IMG/VR virus record: IMGVR_UViG_3300025137_005412
Span: 88,042 to 152,041 of that record
DNA: 64,000 nt
Reading direction: 5' to 3' (one strand)
Source of the DNA: a virus
Positions 49,772-58,820 of the stretch are shown piece after piece. The notes beneath the pieces are model-generated. The model made no database searches. It was not told the origin of the DNA and was given only the letters and a program-made list of their open reading frames with translations. Positions within the stretch are counted from its first letter, which is position 1; the number at the start of each line of letters is the position of its first letter. Position numbers and translations under genes: made by a program.

Positions 49772-50572
49772 ATGCTAGAATTATTCAAAACATTTACACG
49801 CCCAAGATCTGAATGGTTTCCATATCAGCACATTCTATTACTCGCAGGGACAATATACGCATTAACTTTACCAGTTGCTACTGGATGGTACATCGCAGCA
49901 GGATTAATGTGGTTCACTATTATTGCCCTCGGAATAAATTTTACGTACCACAGATTACTTTCTCATAGATCTTTTAAGACCTATAAGATAGTAGAGTATG
50001 CTTTTTCCTTACTTGGCATACTCGCAAACACAGGCTCGCCACTAGCGTGGGTAATGATGCATAGACAACATCACCATTATACGGACAAGGGTTATGATCC
50101 ACATAGTCCTCACGAACATGGATTTAAAATCCTATTTTCGTTCTATGATGATAAATTGTTTAGAGATAAACCAAGTGCCGCTTTAATGTATGGTCGTCAT
50201 ATGATTAGAGATAAAGTACAGGTTGTTTTTCACGATTATTATCATTTAATTATATTGTCCTACTATGCGCTACTAGCGACTTTTGGCGGCCTACACGCAC
50301 TCTTATTTCTAGGTATTGTTCCTGGATTTTTATCAGTGTTCAGTACAAACATGAGTAATTACTGGAACCACATGAGTGGTTATAGAACTTATGATACTGG
50401 AGAAGATAGTAAGAATACACCATGGATGTTGCCAATAGCATTTGGTGAGAACTGGCATAATAACCATCATCATAGACCAGGTAATGCATATCCTGGTGAA
50501 AAATGGTGGGAGGTAGATCCAGTCAAACCATTTATCATGATGTTGAGGACAGATGAAAACAAAACTCAATAA
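49772..50572 (+). CDS. Membrane fatty-acid (delta-9-type) desaturase
   Basis: Three His boxes HRLLSH, HRQHH, HNNHH; DPHSP; GENWHNNHH; WWEVDP; TM helices. Confidence 0.92.
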   Translation: MLELFKTFTRPRSEWFPYQHILLLAGTIYALTLPVATGWYIAAGLMWFTIIALGINFTYHRLLSHRSFKTYKIVEYAFSLLGILANTGSPLAWVMMHRQHHHYTDKGYDPHSPHEHGFKILFSFYDDKLFRDKPSAALMYGRHMIRDKVQVVFHDYYHLIILSYYALLATFGGLHALLFLGIVPGFLSVFSTNMSNYWNHMSGYRTYDTGEDSKNTPWMLPIAFGENWHNNHHHRPGNAYPGEKWWEVDPVKPFIMMLRTDENKTQ

Positions 50573-51569
50573 AAACTTTAATGAATTTCTAGATGAGGCT
50601 TCAAAACCTAAATGGTTGAAAAATGATTTAGGTAAAATGAGAAAGCGTGGTCGTATCTCTGTTCTTGTAGATAAAATCAAGAATGGTGAAGAGATACTTA
50701 CAACAAAAGGTTTAGTTGTACTAGATAAAAAAATTGAAGTTAATGGTGTAGAACATGATGTAAAATCCATGCAACAAACACTCGAAGATCCTAAATCTAC
50801 AAATACAAAAGTTAAATTTTTTGTTAAGGGTAAAGCAATAAGTATTGATGATACCTTTAAGACACCGGAATTTGGTGGTAGAGGTGCTGGCTCTGGAGAG
50901 GCGGCAGAAGATGCATATCTCACAAGTTTTAGAAACCATTTACTACAAACAATTGAATCTGAAGGTGCACCATATATTACTATTATTATAAAAGGTAGAC
51001 AAGAAAAAGTCACTGACATAATTAAGACACCTCCATATCGTGGTGATAGAAATCCAAAATCAGACTTTTCATTAATTGGTTTAGATGGTTCTACTCAAGT
51101 AGGTTTTATATCTCATAAAGCTGGTTCTGGACCAAAAGATTTTCAACAGTATGGTGGAATATCAAAAGACAAACAACTAGCTACTAATTCAAAAGTACAA
51201 GACTTTGCACAAGCAGTAAAAGATGCTAGACCAGATGGATTAGTATCAGGAGATAAATTAACAAGAAAAGTTAAGGATCCTAAAGTAAAACAACTTACTT
51301 TATATGGTCCAGAAGCTGGTAAGAAACCATCACCATATAATGTAGATGAGTTTCATCAAGGTCAGATGACTTTAAAAGGTGCAAGAGGCGTGTATAAAAT
51401 TATATCTACACATAAAGTTGTAAGACCTAAAGTTCCTAAAGGTGGTTATGAACCTACGTATGTTGCAAGATATAATAAACGTACACAATCTGTAGGTGAT
51501 ATTAAAATTGATAATGCTAGATTAGGTGTTTTTGCTAAAGATCAGTATACAAATACTACTAAAGTTTAA
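50553..51569 (+). CDS. Basic hypothetical protein, possible PD-(D/E)xK nuclease fold
   Basis: E...PKSDF......FISHK...FQQYGG pattern; FNEFLDEA near the N-terminus. Confidence 0.45.
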   Translation: MKTKLNKNFNEFLDEASKPKWLKNDLGKMRKRGRISVLVDKIKNGEEILTTKGLVVLDKKIEVNGVEHDVKSMQQTLEDPKSTNTKVKFFVKGKAISIDDTFKTPEFGGRGAGSGEAAEDAYLTSFRNHLLQTIESEGAPYITIIIKGRQEKVTDIIKTPPYRGDRNPKSDFSLIGLDGSTQVGFISHKAGSGPKDFQQYGGISKDKQLATNSKVQDFAQAVKDARPDGLVSGDKLTRKVKDPKVKQLTLYGPEAGKKPSPYNVDEFHQGQMTLKGARGVYKIISTHKVVRPKVPKGGYEPTYVARYNKRTQSVGDIKIDNARLGVFAKDQYTNTTKV

Positions 51570-52306
51570 TAGATTGCATGTTCAAAATCTAAGAACTTCT
51601 TATACTCAGATTCTAATTTTCCAAATATTCTTAATTGTATTCTTTTTGTTCCCGTTTCGGTAGTACAATGTGGATGTGAATCATCAAAGTGCCATACTTT
51701 CCATTTAGATTCATCAATCAATTTTTCACCTGTGTCTGTTTCAACATATAGATTAGCACCACCTGATAATATATTTAGTGTTATAGAACCATTACCATCA
51801 GCATAATATTTTTGATTCATTTTCTTTCCAGAATCTGCATGTATTACACCAATTGATGGTGGTGTTTGTATAATACATCTTACAGTAGTCACATATTCAA
51901 ATGGTAGCATTTCAATAATACTTTTTGTATATGGAATTTGCATATCATCTCTCCATACCCATGGATGTTGATGTTCTACCCATAACGGTATTGTTCTGTG
52001 ATAATCCCAACTTTCATATTTAGATCTTTCATCTCGATATGTAAGATTTGTCATCCAAAAAGTATCCATACCTTTCTTAATAGATCTGTGTGTATCATTA
52101 GAATCTTCATAATGTATTACATCTTTTGTTTTACTAAACTTTTCATCTTCAAATGACATAACACCTTTCCATTTAGATTGACCATCTTCAAATGTAGTTG
52201 TAGCTAATACACTGTGTTTATCAATGTTATTTGCAATAAGTTCTTCGGCAATCTGATGTTGACTAAAATTTATTTGGTTTTTAAGAGGAGCGAATACTGG
52301 AATCAT
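51566..52306 (-). CDS. Fe(II)/2OG dioxygenase (Asp beta-hydroxylase-like)
   Basis: VR......HAD...FDDSHPH......RIQL. Confidence 0.7.
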   Translation of the reverse strand: MIPVFAPLKNQINFSQHQIAEELIANNIDKHSVLATTTFEDGQSKWKGVMSFEDEKFSKTKDVIHYEDSNDTHRSIKKGMDTFWMTNLTYRDERSKYESWDYHRTIPLWVEHQHPWVWRDDMQIPYTKSIIEMLPFEYVTTVRCIIQTPPSIGVIHADSGKKMNQKYYADGNGSITLNILSGGANLYVETDTGEKLIDESKWKVWHFDDSHPHCTTETGTKRIQLRIFGKLESEYKKFLDFEHAIY

Positions 52307-52860
52307 AATTTTTTTATTGCAACATATTGTGATGTACCTTTTACTAACATTGCGCCAGGCATAAATTTAAGGTTCATATAAGTTTTAGAATTTTTCATAC
52401 CGAATGCTGTTGCTTTACCATCACTTATTCTTTTAAGAAACTTATATAACCATTCATTATAATCATTAAACGTAAACCAAGCCGCAGTACATTTTTGTTT
52501 TTTAGCATATTTGAATTGTAATGGAAATAAATGATTACCATGTACATATTTAGTTCTATATTCAGGTACTGTCCAACATCTACAACCACAAACCATTACT
52601 TTATTATTTAGTTTATAACAAGCTGAAACACCAATAAGTTCATCCTTTTTATATGCTAGAAATATTTGCTCATATTCTTTTGACTTGAATAACTTATAGA
52701 ATAATGTCTCTGGTTTAGATTTCCAATTTGTCACAGACATATTTACTGAAGGTGGTAATCCTTCTTTCTCAGCTTCTTGACAAAACTCAATTAACTCTAA
52801 TAATACATCAGGTGGTATCTTGTCTGGACTATATTTAGCCAGGTATAAGTTCTTTATCAT
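52303..52860 (-). CDS. GNAT acetyltransferase-like protein
   Basis: ELIGVSA, RCWTVPEYRT, AWFTFN.YN. Confidence 0.6.
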   Translation of the reverse strand: MIKNLYLAKYSPDKIPPDVLLELIEFCQEAEKEGLPPSVNMSVTNWKSKPETLFYKLFKSKEYEQIFLAYKKDELIGVSACYKLNNKVMVCGCRCWTVPEYRTKYVHGNHLFPLQFKYAKKQKCTAAWFTFNDYNEWLYKFLKRISDGKATAFGMKNSKTYMNLKFMPGAMLVKGTSQYVAIKKL

Positions 52861-53416
52861 CGTGCCATTTTCTCAATGTGCTCCATGGATGATATACTGC
52901 TATCTGACAAGCGAATCTTTCTTTATCACCATTCTCTACAGAATGTGTATGTCCTTTAGTATTCATCATTGAAGCATGATTGTGTTTATATTCTAATAAT
53001 TTTTTACCATCTTTCCAAAACAGTGTTGGTGCAGCATCATCCGTTAATGGTATATGTATTGCACCTTGTCTGTTTGAGTCCTTGTGTTTACCTATCTTTA
53101 AATTAATAGGAAATTTAGAGAAAATTACTGGTGAGTACTCAGGAGAGTTTAATAACACTCTAATATTTCCATTCAATTGATTAATTATACTCTTAACAGG
53201 CTCTAATTTTTTGTAATCTATATGGCTTTTTCTATAATAACCTGCAAAGCTCGAGAATAATTTATCAAAAGGAAATGTCATGACCGATGTAGCAGCATTT
53301 ATATCATGAGATGGTAGAGACCATTCACCATATTGAGGATCATTCATTATCTCCAATAAGCCTTCTTTATCAATTACCAAATCTGGAAGTGGTATTACAA
53401 TATCTAATTCGTCCAA
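52835..53416 (-). CDS. Fe(II)/2OG dioxygenase
   Basis: HKD..R.GAIHIPL...APTLF...NT...HSVEN...ERF..Q. Confidence 0.75.
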   Translation of the reverse strand: MDELDIVIPLPDLVIDKEGLLEIMNDPQYGEWSLPSHDINAATSVMTFPFDKLFSSFAGYYRKSHIDYKKLEPVKSIINQLNGNIRVLLNSPEYSPVIFSKFPINLKIGKHKDSNRQGAIHIPLTDDAAPTLFWKDGKKLLEYKHNHASMMNTKGHTHSVENGDKERFACQIAVYHPWSTLRKWHDDKELIPG

Positions 53417-54030
53417 AATGTACCGTCCTTGACCATATCTACTACTTTATTATATGGTTCATATAAGCTAAATTGTAAACAATACCTATCTGGTTGATCT
53501 GTATTATCTACACCATGAACCTCTAAAATATTTAATATAGCTGGACAGCTGTGAACGTGAGCATACTTTGGTTGGGTGTCTTTTCTATCTTCGAAGAATA
53601 GTGTTGGTGCAGCATCAAAGTCAAGTGGAAAATGAATTGCACATTTACGATTTATATCTTTATGAGGTCTTAAATTAAAACCTGCTGGAATCTTTACAAA
53701 AGCACAATTGTGAGGTTCAATAGGTAAATTAATTCTATCTTTTAAACTCTTTATATAGGGATCATCTAAAAACTCAGGGCATTTCATTTCATAATAACCT
53801 TCAAGACCAGGAAATATAGGTTTTCCATTAATCATTCCCAACATTTTCATCATTGGGTCTTCAATTTCTTTTTGTTTTGATGGATATAAATCTTCTTTAG
53901 ATTCTAATTTACGAGCGAATGGTGTCCACATTTCAAAGCTTGCGGGCATATTATTCATACATTCTTTCAGAGTATTTTGATCATAATCAAACTCTTGTAT
54001 ACTATAACAGAACTCTTCTACATTCCTCAT
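53404..54030 (-). CDS. Fe(II)/2OG dioxygenase (paralogue of the neighbour)
   Basis: PHKD..RKCAIHFPL..DAAPTLF...N...VHGVDN....RY.LQ. Start taken at ATG 54030 (TATAAGTA 4 nt upstream). Confidence 0.75.
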   Translation of the reverse strand: MRNVEEFCYSIQEFDYDQNTLKECMNNMPASFEMWTPFARKLESKEDLYPSKQKEIEDPMMKMLGMINGKPIFPGLEGYYEMKCPEFLDDPYIKSLKDRINLPIEPHNCAFVKIPAGFNLRPHKDINRKCAIHFPLDFDAAPTLFFEDRKDTQPKYAHVHSCPAILNILEVHGVDNTDQPDRYCLQFSLYEPYNKVVDMVKDGTFWTN

Positions 54031-54034
54031 ACTA

Positions 54035-54060
54035 TACTTATACCTGATTTTGAATAAATA
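54035..54060. promoter_or_regulatory. Divergent late promoters: TATAAGTA (-, 54035-54042, dioxygenase operon) and AATAAATA (+, 54053-54060, gp16)
   Basis: Each lies exactly 4 nt from its ATG. Confidence 0.6.
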
Positions 54061-54064
54061 ATAC

Positions 54065-54433
54065 ATGACTGAAGAAAAGAAATTAGAAAATGAATTAGTT
54101 GAAACTAAAGATAGCGTTGCTAAATTAGTAAAACATCGATCAGATGACTATGAATACGCCAGGGAAGTCCTATACGCAGCTAGCGAGAGACTTCAAGACG
54201 TACTTGATAGTGCCGTTCAACTCGCGCAGGAGTCAGAGCACCCGCGAGCCATTGAAGTAGCATCTAATACAGCACAAACTTTAGGTAATATTGCAGGCCA
54301 ACTTATGGATCACCACATTCGTACAGAAAAAATTAATAAAGGTGCATCACAAAATGAGAAGTCTGTGACTAATAATAATCTCAATGTAAAAGTAAATACA
54401 AAAGATTTATTAGAACTCCTAGGGAAAGAGTAA
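54065..54433 (+). CDS. gp16: Terminase small subunit gp16
   Basis: DYEYAR, A.ESEHPRAIEVA, NNNL....T.DL. Directly before gp17. Confidence 0.9.
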   Translation: MTEEKKLENELVETKDSVAKLVKHRSDDYEYAREVLYAASERLQDVLDSAVQLAQESEHPRAIEVASNTAQTLGNIAGQLMDHHIRTEKINKGASQNEKSVTNNNLNVKVNTKDLLELLGKE

Positions 54434-56278
54434 ATGAGTCACATTGCTCAAAAGGAGTACGACTCCAAAATTCACAGTGGGTGGAAACGTTTCGGTGATT
54501 TCTATTTTCAGAACAAAAAAGCTCTACTAAATTATCTTGCTAGTAAAAGAGTATCTAAAAACTCACCAACAACAGAAACTCATCCTCAATTATTTGTAAA
54601 TCAACAAGGTGTTAGTCACTATATTGGTAATCCTAATATTAAGTCTGGTTTCCAAGATTTAGAATACACAAAAGAAGAATTAAAAGAATATAAGAAGTGT
54701 ATGGATAATCCTGTTTACTTTGCAGAGACATACATGAAAATTATGTCAGTTGACTTTGGTGAAATACCATTCACACTATATGACTTTCAACGAGACATGA
54801 TTAAAAGCTTTAGAGATAACAGATTTAATATTGCTAAACTACCAAGACAGTGTGGTAAATCTACAACTAGTGTTGCTTTTATACTTTGGTTCTTATTGTT
54901 TAATCCTGGTAAAACTGTAGGTATACTAGCAAACAAAGGTGAATTAGCTCAAGAAATTCTAGGTAGGCTACAATTAGCTTATGAGAACTTACCATATTGG
55001 TTGCAACAAGGTGTGCTAACCTGGAATAAAAGATCTATATCCCTTGAAAATGGTAGTAAAGTAGTTGCTACATCTTCATCAGCTTCTGCTGCTCGAGGAA
55101 TGTCATTCTCTTTATTATTCCTAGATGAGTTTGCATTCGTACCACCAAATGATGCTGAAGATTTCTTTAGATCTGTTTACCCTACAATTTCTTCAGGTAC
55201 AGATACAAAAATGATTGTAGTATCTACACCAAAAGGTATGAACCATTTCTATAAGATGTGGACAGAAGCAACATCAAAGAGATCAAAATTTGTGCCTACC
55301 GAGATAAACTGGTGGGATGTTCCTGGTAGGAATGAAGATTGGAAAGAGGAACAAATAGCAAATACTTCTGAAGATCAATTCAGACAAGAGTTTGAATGCC
55401 AATTTATTGGTTCAAGTAATACTCTTATATCGCCTACAAAATTACAGACCATGAGTTATATCGATCCTATTAAAACAATGGAAGGTATAGACTATCATGA
55501 GGAACCTAAACCTGGACATAAATATATGCTCGTGTGTGATACTGCACGAGGAATCAGATTAGATTATTCAGCATTTGTTATATTTGATATAACTGCTTTA
55601 CCTTATAAAGTAGTAGCTAAATTTAGATCAAATGAAATATCACCAATGATTTTACCACAATTCTTATCAAATGTAGGTAAATACTATAATGAGTCTTTCA
55701 TACTTGTAGAAGCAAATGATTTAGGTGGTCAGATATTAAATGGTCTACACCATGAATTAGAATATGAAAATCTATTAAAATCTGTATCAAAAGGACGATC
55801 AGGTAATCAATTAGGTTCTGGACCAAACTCTAAATTAGGTGTCACAACATCACATGCAGTAAAAACTAATGGTTGCTCTAATATAAAGAGTCTTATTGAG
55901 GGTGATAAAGTAGTTGTAGAAGACTATGACATATATGTAGAACTTACAACTTTTGTTAGAAAAGGTGAGAATACTCAGGTATTTGCAGCAGAACCAGGAA
56001 CAAATGATGATCTTGTTATGTGTATGGTTCTATTTGGATGGGCTACCGGTTGTGATCATTGGAAAGAATTAACCGAATTAGATGCTTCGAAAATGATGTA
56101 CAGAGATAAAATTGCTGAAGAAGGTGATGAAATGCCTGTTGGATGGTTATCAGAGAATGATACATATAACCCACAAGTAGATAATTCAGGTGATTTATGG
56201 TCACCAGTTAATACCGAGGAAGGTGAAAAACCTGATTGGTACGATAGAGTATATCAGAACTTTGACAGAGATTTTTAA
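54434..56278 (+). CDS. gp17: Terminase large subunit gp17
   Basis: YIGNPNIK, Walker A PRQCGKST, Walker B LFLDEFAF, STPKG.NHFY, FRQEFEC, DYSAF, DDLVM. Confidence 0.97.
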   Translation: MSHIAQKEYDSKIHSGWKRFGDFYFQNKKALLNYLASKRVSKNSPTTETHPQLFVNQQGVSHYIGNPNIKSGFQDLEYTKEELKEYKKCMDNPVYFAETYMKIMSVDFGEIPFTLYDFQRDMIKSFRDNRFNIAKLPRQCGKSTTSVAFILWFLLFNPGKTVGILANKGELAQEILGRLQLAYENLPYWLQQGVLTWNKRSISLENGSKVVATSSSASAARGMSFSLLFLDEFAFVPPNDAEDFFRSVYPTISSGTDTKMIVVSTPKGMNHFYKMWTEATSKRSKFVPTEINWWDVPGRNEDWKEEQIANTSEDQFRQEFECQFIGSSNTLISPTKLQTMSYIDPIKTMEGIDYHEEPKPGHKYMLVCDTARGIRLDYSAFVIFDITALPYKVVAKFRSNEISPMILPQFLSNVGKYYNESFILVEANDLGGQILNGLHHELEYENLLKSVSKGRSGNQLGSGPNSKLGVTTSHAVKTNGCSNIKSLIEGDKVVVEDYDIYVELTTFVRKGENTQVFAAEPGTNDDLVMCMVLFGWATGCDHWKELTELDASKMMYRDKIAEEGDEMPVGWLSENDTYNPQVDNSGDLWSPVNTEEGEKPDWYDRVYQNFDRDF

Positions 56279-56308
56279 GTTCAGCAAATAATAAATAAGA
56301 TATAATAT

Positions 56309-56330
56309 TCAAGGATAGAAGCATCCTTGA
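56309..56330 (+). terminator. Stem-loop between gp17 and gp18
   Basis: TCAAGGAT-agaagc-ATCCTTGA, 8-bp stem. No clear U-tract, so it may be a processing/stability hairpin. Confidence 0.35.
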
Positions 56331-56343
56331 TAAGATTGAATAA

Positions 56344-56351
56344 TATAAATA
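56344..56351 (+). promoter_or_regulatory. Late promoter for gp18
   Basis: Perfect TATAAATA, then AAGGAG SD. A second AATAAATA lies at 56290-56297. Confidence 0.7.
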
Positions 56352-56383
56352 TAACATAAAAGAATTCTTAAGGAGTCACATAC

Positions 56384-58177
56384 ATGGCATTTCTAGTAAG
56401 CCCAGGAGTACAGGTCAAAGAAACAGACCTTACAAATATTATACCGGCAGTTGCAACGTCAATTGGTGGTTTTGCAGGTCGATTCGAATGGGGACCAGTT
56501 AATGAAGTCACCCTAGTTTCATCAGAACAAAATCTAATTAATAACTTTGGATACCCACGTAAAGGTACCAATGCAGGATACGTGAGAGACGATTGGTTCT
56601 CTGCTGCTAACTTCTTAGGTTATGCTAATGCAATAAAAATAGTAAGAGCCACAGCAACTGGTGCTCTTAACGCAAGCATGGGTGATTCAGACAATGGTGT
56701 CGATTCAGATGCTAATATTCAAAACGAAACAGATTTCTCATCAGACATATCAGGATTAACTTCAACAGTTTATGCTAGATTCCCTGGTGCTTTAGGTAAT
56801 TCAATTGGAGTAGCTATTGTAGATAGTGCTCTTGATTCAGATACCTTCCAAACTAAAAAATTATTTGGTTCAGTTAAACTAAAAGATTACTTTGATGCAA
56901 AACCTGGAACATCTCCATGGGCTGCTACTTATGACTCTGATTTAAGAGACGAAGTTCACGTAATGGTTTATACTTTAAATGACTTACCAACTGGTACAAC
57001 TCACGAAGTACTAGAAACATATCCTTTCCTATCAAAAGCTGCAAACAGTAAAGATGGAAACAATGCTAATAACTACTTTGTTAATAAGATTAACGAAGCT
57101 TCTGAATGGGTTTACTTTGTAAATAACTTTGGAACAACTGCTACTGGTGCTGGAGGTGCTTCATACGCTCCTGGTGCAACAATAACAAGTGTTGCTAGAG
57201 GATCATTTGCTACATTGAAAAGAACATTTGACTCAGATTTACCATCTGATACTTCTGGAACTCCAGTATATCAAGCACATCTAAAAAATGGTAATGATGG
57301 TTCAGCGGTAAGTGATGCATCATTAATGTCTGCTTATGACAAATTATTAGATGCTGAAACAGAAGATGTAAACTTATTAATTACTGGAGAGCATTCTTCA
57401 ACTGTAGGTAAATATGTAATGGCTGGTGCTAAAGAAAGAAAAGATGCTATGGCATTCATGTCACCATCAGAAACAGTATCAACTACTAATCCTACAGCAA
57501 ACAAAGTTAAAAATTACTTCTCAGATTGGAATTCAAACTCATACGGAGTATTTGATTCTGGTTGGAAACGTCAATATGATAGATATAATGACGAATTCTT
57601 TAATATGCCTTTAAATCCAGACACTGCTGGTGTGACTGCAAGAGCAGAATTCACCAACGATGCATGGTTCTCACCTGCTGGATTAAACAGAGGATTCTTA
57701 AGAGATGTAGTAAAATTACACTTCAATCCAAGTCAAGCCGAAAGAGATGAGCTTTACAAATCAAGAATAAACCCAGTAGTGACTTTCAAAGGTCAAGGTA
57801 CTTTATTATTTGGTGATAAAACAGCATTATCTAAACCTTCAGCATTTGATAGAATCAATGTAAGAAGATTATTCATTGTCTTAGAAAAAGCAATTGCAAC
57901 AGCTGCTAAATTCCAACTGTTTGAATTTAATGATGACTTTACAAGAGCAAACTTTGTTGCTGCAGTAGAGCCTTTCCTTGCAGATGTAAAATCACGAAGA
58001 GGTATGACAGACTTTAAAGTTGTCTGTGATGCATCAAACAATACACCAGCGGTCATTGATGGAAACAGATTTGTAGCTGATGTATATGTCAAACCAAACA
58101 GATCAATAAACTTCATTACTCTTAACTTTGTAGCAGTACGAAGCGGAGTATCTTTTGAAGAGGTAGCAGGAGCATAA
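56384..58177 (+). CDS. gp18: Tail sheath protein gp18
   Basis: SPGVQVKETDLT, WGP, WFSPAGLNRG, GDKT..SAFDRINVRRLF, KPNRSINFI.LNF. Confidence 0.97.
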   Translation: MAFLVSPGVQVKETDLTNIIPAVATSIGGFAGRFEWGPVNEVTLVSSEQNLINNFGYPRKGTNAGYVRDDWFSAANFLGYANAIKIVRATATGALNASMGDSDNGVDSDANIQNETDFSSDISGLTSTVYARFPGALGNSIGVAIVDSALDSDTFQTKKLFGSVKLKDYFDAKPGTSPWAATYDSDLRDEVHVMVYTLNDLPTGTTHEVLETYPFLSKAANSKDGNNANNYFVNKINEASEWVYFVNNFGTTATGAGGASYAPGATITSVARGSFATLKRTFDSDLPSDTSGTPVYQAHLKNGNDGSAVSDASLMSAYDKLLDAETEDVNLLITGEHSSTVGKYVMAGAKERKDAMAFMSPSETVSTTNPTANKVKNYFSDWNSNSYGVFDSGWKRQYDRYNDEFFNMPLNPDTAGVTARAEFTNDAWFSPAGLNRGFLRDVVKLHFNPSQAERDELYKSRINPVVTFKGQGTLLFGDKTALSKPSAFDRINVRRLFIVLEKAIATAAKFQLFEFNDDFTRANFVAAVEPFLADVKSRRGMTDFKVVCDASNNTPAVIDGNRFVADVYVKPNRSINFITLNFVAVRSGVSFEEVAGA

Positions 58178-58181
58178 GAAT

Positions 58182-58748
58182 ATGGCAAGAATAGATGATT
58201 TTAAAGCAGCTTTAATTGGAGGTGGTGCTAGAGCCAACCAATTTAGAGTACTTCCACAATTTCCAGATGGTGTCACTAATACTGATTCAACTGGATTAGG
58301 TTTAGTACAACTAGGTTCCTTCATGATTAAAACTGCACAATTACCTGGATCTGAATTAACAGAGATTATGGTTCCTTACCGTGGTAGAGAATTATATGTT
58401 CCAGGTGACAGAAAATTCCAACCTTGGACTATTACAGTTATCAATGATAACAATTTTGCAATTAGAAATGCAATGGAATCTTGGAGTAATAATATTAATA
58501 CGCATGTCGGTAATACTTCTGCAGGCGGAATTGATGCTACTGATTTTAGTTCTTACGTACAAGATTGGACTGTGGAACAAATCGGAAAAGATGGTAAAGT
58601 AAGTAAATCAATAACATTGAGAGGTTGTTTCCCAACAACTATCGATGCAATTGATGTAAGCTTTGACACTGCCGATACGATATCAGAATTCACAGCAACT
58701 ATCAGATATCAATTCTGGACTTCGAACACTACCGACAACGTCGGTTAA
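58182..58748 (+). CDS. gp19: Tail tube protein gp19
   Basis: GGARANQF, LPGS, YRGR...PGDR.F.PW.ITV.ND, FP, EF.AT..Y. Confidence 0.95.
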   Translation: MARIDDFKAALIGGGARANQFRVLPQFPDGVTNTDSTGLGLVQLGSFMIKTAQLPGSELTEIMVPYRGRELYVPGDRKFQPWTITVINDNNFAIRNAMESWSNNINTHVGNTSAGGIDATDFSSYVQDWTVEQIGKDGKVSKSITLRGCFPTTIDAIDVSFDTADTISEFTATIRYQFWTSNTTDNVG

Positions 58749-58762
58749 GAAATAATTGCGTT

Positions 58763-58785
58763 GGTATTGGTATAATACTAATACC
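58763..58785 (+). terminator. Stem-loop between gp19 and gp20
   Basis: GGTATTGGT...ACTAATACC imperfect hairpin with one G-U pair. Confidence 0.3.
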
Positions 58786-58820
58786 CATTATAATAATGAA
58801 AACAAAGTGTTAGGAGCAGC

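Noticed and set aside
50333-51019. 228-aa minus-strand ORF
   Set aside because: Antisense shadow of the desaturase and the next gene; no recognisable motifs.
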